Source of the DNA: Amoebophrya sp. A120
Taxonomy: Eukaryota > Protista > Dinoflagellata
Direction of reading: 5' to 3'
DNA: 64,000 nt
Assembly: GCA_905178155.1 (NCBI GenBank)
Contig: CAJINV010000010.1
Coordinates: forward strand, 2,302,778 to 2,366,777
Within the stretch, counting starts at the first letter, position 1, and each line of letters opens with the position of its first letter. The notes beneath the pieces were generated by a model. The model made no database searches, was not told the origin of the DNA, and saw only the letters and a program-made list of their open reading frames with translations. Below, one piece after another: positions 39,690 through 51,280 of this stretch. Position numbers and translations under genes: made by a program.

Positions 39690-42600
39690 TCACGCCCCCC
39701 TCTGCACCAGGATGCAGCTTCCGGTCAAGCAGTAGATTTCGAAAATGTTCATGGTAGTGAGCGGCTTGCCTTGCACTTCGAGTAACAAGTCACCGACGAA
39801 GAGCTTTATGAATGTGTCAGGATCGAAATCGACAAAATCGAAAAACTTGTGATGCACAAAATGTAGGGCACTGAAGGCCTGTATTGGGGAGCATGCAAAT
39901 GAGGCCGATTGTAAGCCTGTTTAGGGGTATGCAATGCGCTGCCAGAGTAGCATGACGGGAGCAGTCTTCTTTGTCCAAACAGCACGACAGACTGGATTTG
40001 GGTGCTCCCGAAGTTTGTCATGCGCCACTCGGAAACTGAGGCCACAAACTGGTATCGATTTTATGCATCACAAATTTTTCGACTTTGTCAATTTCGATTC
40101 GGACACTTCCATAAGCTTCCCCCGCATCGGACTGTCACGCTCCAGGGACCGCTATCAACTGCAAAGATAATGTCTGGGTTTGGAAGATTGCCAGGCTTGT
40201 CATGCATATTTTCCATGACCCATGATGTCTGTGATGCATGCCCGAGCATCACAGATTTTTAGAGGACGTTGCGATGCCTCTACCGCATGAGAAATGCCCT
40301 CGCCGCGTAGCACAAACTGGCGTCCTCTTGCTGGTCATGCAATACACATTTTTTTAGAATCCAGAGACAGCATTACAAGTTTAGAATCTTCCAGACCCAG
40401 ACATTTTTACAGTTGATAACCGCACAAAGAGGCCGATTTGCCCGGCCTGCTCCAGCTGCATTCCGCAGCTCGGTCGAAGCTCGCCCGTGTTGGGGTTCTG
40501 ATAGTATTTTGCATTACAAATCTTTTGGTTAAGGCAAATCCGCATTACAACAAATTCAATTTGTGATAAATTACTTCATCCGAGTGATGAAAAAAAAGCA
40601 CCACAGACAATTTAATACCACGCTGTCCCGCACTCGCAGGGTGACTAGTTCCAGAATTTTCGCGGGGAAAATTTGTCTCATCACGGTGTAGATCACCTCG
40701 TGCGCCACCGGGTCTTCGGGCCTCTCGTAGGGTACGCTGTCCACGAACTCCCCGGTTCCGTTCTGCTGCTGGTCCGCAAGCATCATGTTTGGCGAGTGGC
40801 TGTGCGGTATCCACTGCAAAAGTATCGTACTCGTAGTCATTGCGTTTATGCATTACAGATCTCTTTCTCAAGGTCAAGGTAAATCAGCATTACAAATTTC
40901 ATTTGTAATGCTGCGCTAATTTGTAATGCAATCTATACTAGAAGTACGATGCTTTTGCATTGCATATGCGGCGTCACCACGGTGGGCTGCACGGGCTGCC
41001 CGTTGTTGGGGAGTTGCACGTTCCCCCGCACTATCAAATGCAAAAATCCCTGGATGTCTGGAAGATTGATGCAACTTGTCATGCTAAATCCGAATCATGC
41101 TAAAATCTGTGTTGCATGCGTGCCAAAAGCTGTCCACTTTCGACCAAGTTGGGAAGGAGTTTCTCATGCAGGACAGGCATGATAGGGATCTCACAGAATG
41201 TCTGTCATGCTAGGTCCCGCATTCCAGACCTCAAGGGTGGTCATGGAAAACCTGCATAACAACTTCACACTCTTCCAGAGGACCCAGACATATTTGCAAT
41301 TGATAAGTACCATCACCTGGTCGTCGCCACCCGTCACTTCGGGCATGTACTTGAAATTGAAATAGAAATACCGGTCGCCGTAACTGTCGATTTCGTACTC
41401 AAAGCTGTCTTCCAGAAAGTTGTCGTTTACGAAGCGGATCATCGCGTTCTTGAATTTGTCCAGCGCGCCGACGTTCCGCATGATGTCGTTTTCACTGAGT
41501 TCGGTCGCGGGGGGCGGGGGGAAAGCGTCGGAACGCAGGAAAACCACACTGGGGTCCATGCCGATGGGAAAGGCGCGGAACACCGCGGACATTATGTAGG
41601 CTGTCGTGCGCTCGTAGAGCAGGGGAAGCAGAATGTTTCGCGACTTCCAGTGGGATTGGGGCACGCGCGGGCGGTAGAAGGCGCACTTCATGTGGATCAT
41701 GGATTTGGTGGCCCACTTGCAGCGCAGACAATTGAGCAGGGAGATGCGCGCGTTCGGGAGCCGGCGAATCAAACCCGTGATGAGGTATTTGGCCTCGTTG
41801 GAAAGAGCGCACTTCTTGGGAAATTCGAAGTACCTGCAGCGGGGTCGTGATGGTTTTCATTTCTACGTACTCGTATTGCAGTCATGCATTACAAATCTTT
41901 TTGTTATAGGTAAATCCGCATTACAAATTTAATAAAATCTATCGCTATACCCTCGTATTTGATTCTGTTCCATCGTCCTGGCGTCGCCGGTGAAGGGATA
42001 TCTTCCACATAGCAGCACGTACAGCACTACCCCCAGGGACCACAAGTCTGCGCTAAAGCCGTAGCCCTGTAGAGGTTTTTTCGTATAATACTCATGAAGT
42101 AGTCACAACGAATTTATACACTTGGTAAAAATGGATGCTTTCTTTTCCCGTCTTCAACTTCATCCCCGGATCGGTTTCGGTGTGGTCGACGTACATAGCC
42201 TTTTTTGCTGAAGACGGCTACGTTCTTGGGAACAACAAGAACGAGCAATCGGACGACAGTGAAACAGCAAAAGCTGCTATATGATAATAAAGTATACCTG
42301 CACCATCCCCGCCTGCTCGGAGGGGGTGGTCCGCGTCGCGCCCAGGCTGGTGGCCACTTCCGGGGCCCAATACTGTGGCGTCCCCGTTCGCGTGGTGGCA
42401 ATGCTGTACCCGTCCGCGACCAGTTTTGCCAACCCAAAATCTGACAGCTTGATCTCATACGCGACCATTTGTCGGGTTTTATGAAATGCAAATATGTCTG
42501 GGTCTGGAAGAATGCAGGAGTTTGCCATGCAGATTTTGCATGACCCATGAGGTCAGTGATGCATGCCCTAGCATCAGAGATTCTGCGAGGGCTTTCTAAT

Positions 42601-45600
42601 GCTCAGACCGCATGAGAAATGCCCTCTCCGCGTAGCACAAATGGCGCCGCTTTTGCTGCTCATGCAAGACAGATTTCATGCAGAGTCCAAAGGTAGCATC
42701 ACAAGCTGCATCCTTCCAGACCCAGACATATTTGCAATGCATAGGTTTTGTTGTGGTCGCATTCCACGTGCTGGTTCCACCGCGGGTCCCCCGCCAGCTC
42801 TTATCGCAAGAAAAAAGTGCTACAGTTACACATTGCGTTGCAGGCCAAGCAATACAGACAAGCTCTGTCATGCCGAATACGCATAGGAGCCTCGTTTCAT
42901 AGGTGATTTCCCGTAGTATTTCGGCATTGCAAGTTTTCCCTCTCATGCAGAGAAAATTTGTGTTGCTGAATTGACTGCGAATGTGTAACTGTATACACTT
43001 TTTTCGTGGGATAGCTCTTCGGCCTTAATCAGCGGGTACCGCTTGCACTGTTTTACAAAGGTGTTTCGAACATCAAGTAGAAAACTTCATAATTTTTTCT
43101 TCATCTTCGATCTACTTTCTTATATATTTTCTATCTTCAAGTTCAAACAGGATTCGACAAGAAAACCAGCCCAACCAGAAAATTGGAGGACACACGTTCC
43201 TGATGCCCATGATGACCACATGCACGAACTTTGACTGTGAGATGGAAAACAAAGCGACAAAGACAATCAATAGGAAGTACTTAATAAGTTCGATGCAACT
43301 AGTATCAGTCCTTACCACAAGGATATTTTCCGGCTTCAGATCTCGGTGCACAATTTGCTTCATGTGCACGTACTTTAGTCCCGCCGCGATTTGGACGAAC
43401 ACGTACCGCGCTTCGGGCTCCGAAAATCTGGCGATGTAAGGCTCGTTATCGTGGTCCAGAATGCGGTCAAAAAGTTCGCCTGTGGAGATATTTTTAACCG
43501 TGAACAAGGTGTGTTTCATAATTTGAAAATGTTCTTGTCACGCGAATAAACAATAAAGATCCTGAAGCGATTGATGACATACGGTATGAGTTGGTGAAGA
43601 AGTAGTTTTTGTGTTTCTGTTCAGTTCTACTTTCATTTTCCTGCAGCTGTATGTATTGAAACACAGAAAAAAAACCAAAAATTTCTTGTACCATGCGGCA
43701 CGATTTCCATCACCAAATAAAGGTTGTCCCGCTGCTCGATGACGTCGACCAAACTCGTTATGTACTTGTTCCGCAAGGTCGACAAGATCTGCGCCTCCCG
43801 CTGCAATTTCGAATATTCGCGGCTGAAGCCGCTTATCCTGAGGAAAAACGTCCCCACAACGGAGTCAAGATGGGAAATCTGCTAGACAAATCAACCAGCT
43901 TTGCTTGTTTCGCATGGCAAGTTTGTCCTCGTACTGTACTCCTGTTTAGCTAGTTGAGCAGCATCACAGATCTAGCATATCATGCAGGTTCTAGCATCAC
44001 AAATTCCACAACGCACCTAGAAAATGCTTCTCATGGGGCTCCGCATGACAAACTTTTTTGGCCTGCAGGTTTGCATGACAACTCGTCTGGGGTGGGGACG
44101 TTTTTCCTCGGGATACCGCTGTGGTTCAGCTTCAACCTCTTCAACGAGATCACTTTTGCGGCAAAGCACTCCTCCGGCTTGCTCTTCCGGTAGCATCGGT
44201 AAACGGTCGCCATCGTATCAAATGTAAAAGTGTCTGGGTCTGGAAGAGTGTAAACTTGTTATGCAGGTTTTCCATGACCCTTGAGGTCTGGAATGCGGGA
44301 CCTAGCATGACAGAGTCTGTGAGGTCTCTTTCATACCTATCCTGCAGGAGAAACTCCCTCCCAACTTGGTCGAAAGTGGACCGCTTTTGGCACTCATGCA
44401 ACACAGATTTTTGCATGATTCGGATTTAGCATGACAAGTTGCAATCTTCCAGACCCAGACATTTTTACATTTGATACATCGCGCCCGCCCCCAACTCTTC
44501 CGCCTGCACGTAGGGGTCGCGGGCGTCCCCGAAGCACAGCCGGGGCCCGTCGTTCTGGGGCGTCACGGTGCGCTGCACGGTCACGTCGGCGAGAATTTTC
44601 GGAACGGCATGCTGCGGCTGTCCCGCTGCCGCGCTGTTTAGTGTCGCATTCATGGCGCTGTTGCTACCTGGCCCACCACCTCCGCTGTTGTGTTGTTGCG
44701 GGGGCGAGTTCAAGTTGGGGTTCATGTTGGTGCCACCCGGCGGCGGCTGGAGGTTATTATTGTTCTGCTGCTGCTGCTATGCAATGCAAAAGCATCGTAC
44801 TCGTATAAATGCATTACAAATTTTCTCTGCATGAGAAATAAAATTTGTAATGCGGATTTACCTTGACAGAGAAATTTGTAATGCACGATTGCAATTACTA
44901 CGAGTACGATACTTTTGCACAGGATAGCTGCTGGTGTCCTGCGTTGCTCATCTGCTGGCTGGAGGACGAACTTGGATTCGGACTGCCCCTATCAAAAGGA
45001 GAAATCCCCCCTTCCCATATCGAAAAGGTATGTTTCCGAAAATTTGTGTTGCTGATTTGAGGTCGCAAACCACATTTGTATTGCAAGAAGACAAGGGCAG
45101 AAGCTTCCGCCCCACTATGGAAGCGATTTGTCATGCCGTTGGCCCTAAAAGTGACCCACTTGCCATGCTGAACAACTAGACCCATACGCCCCTACCTAGC
45201 CTGGGGATTTGGCCGCAGTGCCTCTCTGCAATACAAACCTGATTTGCGTACACAAATCCAGCATCAGAAATTCCGTTTCGATACAGGGAGGGGGGATTTC
45301 TCCTTTTGATAGCCCCGCTGCTGCTGGTGCATCTGCTGCATATGCTGCTGCTGCGCGGCCGGGGAAAGTATGCATCACAAAAGTTCTTGTACACATGATC
45401 GCACCACTTCTTGTCGTAGAAGTACCAATCGCAATATCTCGTTATTTTCACGACAGGAGATCATGATCTGGCTTCACACTACACGAAGAAGAAGATTCAG
45501 CATTTTTCAAAAATTGTTCCCTTTTGATGAAAAAACCACCACCACTTCTTGTATCCATAAATCAAACGCGCTTGTAGTTCATCCGGCTCATACGTAGTCA

Positions 45601-48600
45601 GACGTGTGCGAAGATGAATATCATGCTTTCACGAAACCTGTGATGCTAGAGCTTCCATGCCAGACCTTCTGTGTCATGTTGGGAAGCTAAGGGCTGGGCG
45701 TCCCTGTCTTTCTCTAAACCTTAAAACGGTAGCCACTTACTCGACAAACTCTAGGTAGAATAAGTTTGGACAAAGTGATCACTACCGAGAGACAACAAAC
45801 ACACAGACCTTCTGTGTCATGCAAAAGCAGCATGATAGTGCGACGTGTGCGAATAGGATCATGCTTTTGTATCTTGCGTAGAGAGTGCGGCAAACTGCGA
45901 CGGGGAAAGCGGCGCAGCCTGTGGCAGATTGGGCGACGGCGGACCGGAGCCCGCGATATTGGGGGGCACTTGCAGGTGGGCATTCATGGGTAATTGCACC
46001 GGCTGCACTGGGTTCTGATTTGTTCCCGCCGAAGATCGGGCGTTCGGATTAAAATTCTTACTCGCGGAACTCGGGGGAGTTGTATTCACCGCGCCTGGTT
46101 GACCAGACACTGGTCCTTTTCCATGACCCTGCGTGGTACTATTGTACGCTTGTCCACCACCGCCTCCCTTCGGCGTCATTATGTTTGGTGACAGGTGTTG
46201 CTGGCGCGGACTCACGCCCGGGCCGCCTCGATGGTGGATCGGGGCGAAATTCGGGCTGTGGTTGTAGGCCGAATTGTTGTATGAATTGCAAAAATGCTTG
46301 GGTCTGGAAACTTGTAATGCTGGGCTGTGAATAGTGAAGGCTCTGTAATGCACAGCCAAGCATGAGAAATATTTGCGAGGCTTTGTTTTGCGTTTTCCGC
46401 ATGACAAAGTGCGTTTTTGCATAGCAAGCAAGAGGGTCTCTTCTTGGACACGCAACATCACAAGCTCCTTACTCATGCCAGACAAGCATGACAAACCTTG
46501 CGTCCTTCCAGACCCAGACATTTTTGCAGTGCATATGTTGTTGCGGTGGTTGTAGGGTCCCCCACCGTGGGGCGGGCCGCCCATCAGGGGCGCGTTGGTC
46601 GGCGTGCCGGGGGGATTGTAGTTGCCCGCGGCCCCGCCGCGCGACGATTGGTAGTCGCTGTGAGAACTGTTGTTGTATTTAGAGGAAGAAGACGTGTTGG
46701 TGTTTCTTGTGCTGTTAGACGTGGAATATTCGCCTTGACCAGGACCCGCATGATGGTTGCTCATCCCCGTGCTGCTCTGCTGCGCCCACCAGTCGGCCGT
46801 AGACATTTGCTGCTGCTGGTTGTAGCTGTTCCCACCCTTTGGTCCCCGGCTGCTGCGCGGGTCGTGGTGGGGGTTAGGATTGCTACTATTTCGGTCGCTC
46901 ATGTTGTTCATTTGCGCGTTAGGAGTACTACCTGTGTTAATGTTGTTGTTGCCCGTTGCAGTAGTACTGTTGTTTGCACCAGCAACACCACCTCCACTGG
47001 GAAGATTACTGCCTTGCTGCACAACAGCAACGCCCGCCTGCTGTGCAGAAGTTGCGGAACTATTCTGTGTGGTGTCCGGCGAGTTGCCGACCGGCCCCAC
47101 GCCCGGCTCCATCTCCGGCGGCATCCCGGGCCGGTTAAACGAGGGTGGGTTCGCACTGTGGGGGTTCATTTGATGTTGTCCACCACCACCTCCGGGTTGC
47201 TGTACCGTGCCCCCACCAACAGCTTGTTGGCTGCCGCCCTGCGCATGCATCGTCGTCCCTGCCCCACTAGAGGATCCCGGGGCCCCACCACCTTGCGCGG
47301 TGTCCCTCGCCCCGCCCCCGGCGGCGCTCTGGCCCATGGACACGTTCGAGGAGTGTGACCCGACCGCGGAGTGCAACTTGCCGCGGTGCTGTTTCAAATA
47401 TTCGTTTATCCTCTTCGCCTCGAGCGGCTTCATCTTCAAGTCGGCAGCAAACTGCTGTGCCTCCTCCAAAATCTCCAAGTAATCTGCCGCACCCATCTCA
47501 CGGCACCAGTTCTGCGCGGCGGTCAGATAATGCTCCAGACGAAGCTCTTTCAGCCACTTCTCGAGACCTGATAGAACGAAAATATTAAGGTTTTTTTCTT
47601 TTTGTCTTTACAATTTATACCGTAATAGATCCGATTTTTGGTCGTTGACTTAAGTTTTGTTCACATACTACGCTAAACAAACTGATCAAAAAAAAACGCA
47701 AATTATCGCACTACCGTCGACGACCACGGGTCCCATGCTTGTTGCGGTTTTTGTCTGCCCAGGTTGTTTGCTACTCCCACCACCTTGCTGCATGTTTGGA
47801 TTTGGCTGGTTCAGACCCGCGGTGATAGGGTCAAAACGCAAAAAAGCCTGGTACCCATCCTCACCTGGTGTTAGTTTATTTCAAAGTAGGTGCTTTTGAT
47901 AAGAGTACATTCATATTTTGTTTTCAGTTACGATGAAATTAAATGGAAATGCGAGAACTAGTACAACCCAGGGACTTGTTCCTCTTGATCCTTTGTCTCG
48001 CTAAAATGGCCGAAGCTGTTGAACCACCTTCGACGCTGGTGCATCTGCATGATCTTCACACAGCAAAAAAAATGAAAAGTTCTATACATCTTGTCCGCAT
48101 GGCCGCGTCGTCTGCCGGCCCGTGCTCGTGATCCCGGACCGCTTCCTCTACGAAGGGCCCAATGATGTCCACCCACTCGTTATTCTGAGTAAAAACGTAC
48201 CCACACCAGAGTCAGGATGGGGATTTTGCAACACAAACCTAGGAGCTTTAGGAGTCACGCATGACAAGTTTCAGTCCGTAAGGTAGTGCAAGTTAGCAAG
48301 GAAAGCCGCATCACAAATCGGCCTTCTGATCCTGTTTACAGCATTACAAGTTCCCAAACACGATTGAAAATGCCTGTCATGGGGTTGCGCATCACAAATG
48401 TTCCTGTCATGGCAAATCTGCATGACAACTCTGGGGTGGGGACGTTTTTACACAGGATACTCGTCTAAGGTGGACTCCAGGTTGATACAGGAAGCAAAAA
48501 ACTCCACGGTTGCCTGGTCTACTATGAAATGCCAATATGTCTGGGTCTGGAAGGTGGCAACTTGTCATGGTAAATCTGAAGCATGCAAAAATCTGTGTTG

Positions 48601-49136
48601 CATAAGTGCCAAAAGCTGTCCACCTTTGACCAAGTTGGAAGGGAGTTTCTCATGCAGGATAGGCATGACAGAGACCTCGCAGAGTCTGTCATGCTAAGTC
48701 CCGTATTCCAGACCTCATGGGTCATGGAAAATCTGCATGATAAGTTTACACTTTTCCAGACCCAGACATTTTTGCACTTGATATCTACCTCCAGGTTCAT
48801 AATCTCCAGCGCTTTGCGGATTCGAAGGTCGTATCAAATACAAAAATGTCTGGGTCTGGAAGATTCTGAGACTTGTCATGCACGGTTTGCATCACCCATG
48901 ATGTCTGTGATGCATGCCCTAGCATCACAGGTTTTTTGAGGGATTCTTGATGCCTATCCCGCATGACAAATGCCCTGTCCGCGTAGCAAAAACTAGAATC
49001 CTTTTGCTGCTCATGCAACACAAATTTTTTAGACATCCAAACGCAGCATCACAAGTTGCATTCTTCCAGACCCAGACCTTTTTGCATTTGATACGTCAAT
49101 CGCCTCCGCCATCTTTTGCTGCTCCTTCGAAGCCAT
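39690..49136 (-). CDS. CAMK-group Ser/Thr kinase with SAM-like N-terminal segment and C-terminal PDZ-like domain; 15 introners
   Basis: LGAGAM|ATVY, AAKVI, GELFDRI, HRDLKPENIL, DFGLAK, GTPQYWAPEV, ADLWSLGVVLYVLLCGRYPF. PDZ-like GLFVRSLERDSPMRGKLFVGDLLLEVQG. Single-gene extent is inferred from frame continuity. Confidence 0.8.
39807..40113. mobile_element. Introner family G (TIR TATGRAWGTGTCMG.ATCGAAATYGACAAA), single copy here
   Basis: Long TIRs; TSD agctt. Confidence 0.9.
40153..40418. mobile_element. Introner family A, inverted close copy of 121-389
   Basis: TIRs; TSD accgc. Confidence 0.95.
40808..40966. mobile_element. Introner family B
   Basis: TIRs; TSD tgcgg. Confidence 0.95.
41032..41305. 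mobile_element. Introner family A
   Basis: TIRs; TSD cgcac/agtac. Confidence 0.9.
42480..42743. mobile_element. Introner family A
   Basis: TIRs; TSD ggttt. Confidence 0.95.
42802..43013. mobile_element. Introner family C
   Basis: TIRs; TSD gctct. Confidence 0.95.
43834..44115. mobile_element. Introner family D
   Basis: TIRs; TSD ccgct. Confidence 0.95.
44216..44476. mobile_element. Introner family A
   Basis: TIRs; TSD catcg; splits the kinase Gly-rich loop. Confidence 0.95.
44778..44926. mobile_element. Introner family B
   Basis: TIRs; TSD gctgc. Confidence 0.95.
44990..45311. mobile_element. Introner family E, opposite orientation to 3162-3484
   Basis: TIRs; TSD gcccc. Confidence 0.95.
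45369..45880. mobile_element. Old expanded introner (512 bp)
   Basis: tatgcatcacaaaag../..cttttgtatcttgcgta; TSD gaaag/gagag; A-like interior remnants; removal gives FAALSPAAQQQ. Confidence 0.65.
46280..46535. mobile_element. Introner family A, stop-free and in frame
   Basis: TIRs; TSD tgttg. Confidence 0.95.
48181..48459. mobile_element. Introner family D
   Basis: TIRs; TSD ctcgt. Confidence 0.95.
48523..48783. mobile_element. Introner family A
   Basis: TIRs; TSD tctac. Confidence 0.95.
48832..49093. mobile_element. Introner family A
   Basis: TIRs; TSD ggtcg/cgtca. Confidence 0.9.
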
Positions 49137-51280
49137 CGGCAAGGCTGAGGTTCCGTCGAAAATTCTTGTCGCGTTCCGGGAGCGACAATGTCGTCACGAT
49201 TCGCCGTGAGCAAAAGTTTATTGAACCACGGCTTTCTACTTTCGATCTTGACTTTATTCTCTGATAAATATTTCGTCACATGTTGTTTCTGTTCGTTGCC
49301 ACCCAGTCGTGCTGTACCCAACTTCGAACTACGGCAGCGAGGTACTACTGGAATTGGGCCGCCGAGAAGGTCGTTTAGGTCTAGACGATGGAGTTATTTT
49401 TTTTACTGGCTTTTATTCTTAAAACACTTGCTCTCCTGCTGCTGCTGTATTCTCGGAATAGAAGAGGTCTTTCTGGAAAAAACCACACGTAGTTTTCCAC
49501 CTTTGCGTGCTACCAGCTTCACTGCGGAGCTCCTGCGGTTCCAGTTTCTGTTGGGACGTCCGGAAGACGGCGCCTCGTCGCAGTTGCGAAACCCCCTGCT
49601 CCTGCACGACTCCTGGAGTTGTAGTCCACCTAGAGCTCGGTCTTTCTTTTCGGTTAGTTCTTGTTGTCCGTTGTGTTCAAAATAATCAACAAATTCAAGC
49701 TGCGCCATAACGATTTTTCGTATCAACTAGAGATCGATGACTTGTAAAGGGAGTAGTTGTACTTCTTCAGAATTCAAAGTTTGTCTTTTGCTGCCGAGTA
49801 GTAGCAGCGTACTAAACTTTATTGTATAAAACAAATCTTCTGGCGGCAGAAGATTCTAGTGCCAGGCGCTATGATCAAAGCCAGCTTTCAGAAATTTACC
49901 ATGTCTGCGTCTGTTGTACAGCTGAAAAGTTCCACTTTATTTCCTGTTCCACTTTTTGTGTTGTACTAAGAGAAACGACCTGCGAGGTGGTTGTACGAAA
50001 GGAAAATTCCAGACTCGAAGACTATACGTAGAAAAGGCAGCAGCTCTACGTAATTGTGTAGCAAATTGATACAGATACGGAAAAATAAAAAGTGGAAAAA
50101 CGCAGAGGACCCAACTCCAGTCGGAGGGCCTGGTTCTAAATATTGTTATCTTGATGATGATGAAGTGGTCCCTCTACAAGCCATTCTCGAGCTCATGTAG
50201 TCCATCATGGGGCTCAGGATCAAAAAAGCAAAGAGAATATTAATAAAGCTGACAGTAAAAACTGAAGGACAACATAACACACAGATATTAGCGAATGAAC
50301 TACTCGGCTTGGGACACACAAAGACAAAGACTCATCTTGCTTCTACACAGGAAAAATATCATGAAAAAATTCAACGTAGAAAAACTCCTGTGAGCTAGTG
50401 CTGGTGCTAAGTAGTGTAGGCCTGAGATATAAAAAAAGAGCGTACTATTATAGCGAGCATGCTAAAAAATGGAGCAAGAACTTTTTTACTGTCCCTCCAG
50501 GAACATGACAAGATCCCGTTCAACCCGACTAATTCTTTTGGTTTCAAAAATCTTAGAACTAGCGCAAGAAAAAAGATCCAGCTTAGTACTCAGATCGAAT
50601 TCGATACTTTTTGAAGGTTCATCTTCCGCGATGAAGAGATCAATTGTAATTCTCGTTTCGAATGGTCGTGTTCTTGTAACAACATAGTACTCGTCTTTCT
50701 CGCAGTGCTGATTTTGGACCGTCGTGAGTAGTAGAGTTCGTTGTACATCTTCAAAAATTGCTTCAGAACCAGTGCTGATCATCGGCCGACGAGGGAAGTA
50801 TCAGACAGTTCTCGTACTTGCAGATTGCATGCAAACAAAGGATCAGGATCCACTATAATCACTTGCTCGCAAAAATCTAGTTTCTGAATAGCAGGCCTTT
50901 CACTAATTTCGAACACCAGCGTCGATCTACAAGGGCGACTGGCTTTCTTCCGCTTGCCGAAGTTCGTTGTTGTACTTTGGTGATCATGTGAATAGTACAT
51001 ATACATGGCTATAACTGCTTTTGGCAAATAACTGTCAACCTCGTCCTAGTCCATTCTTTCCTAGCCCATTCTTATGTTGCATCCTTCTGAATTCATCTCT
51101 GACCGTGTTCAACATCTTTATAGAAGTTGTTTTGGACGTCGAGTCAGTTTGTTTGTTTCCATCCGTAATTCCGATTACATCAGTACGAGTTGTACTAAAA
51201 CCGGATCGCAATTTACAAATCCTTCTCCATTTGATAGCTTTGCAAGAAAACGCCTCACGCAAAGATCGTATCACCCCACA

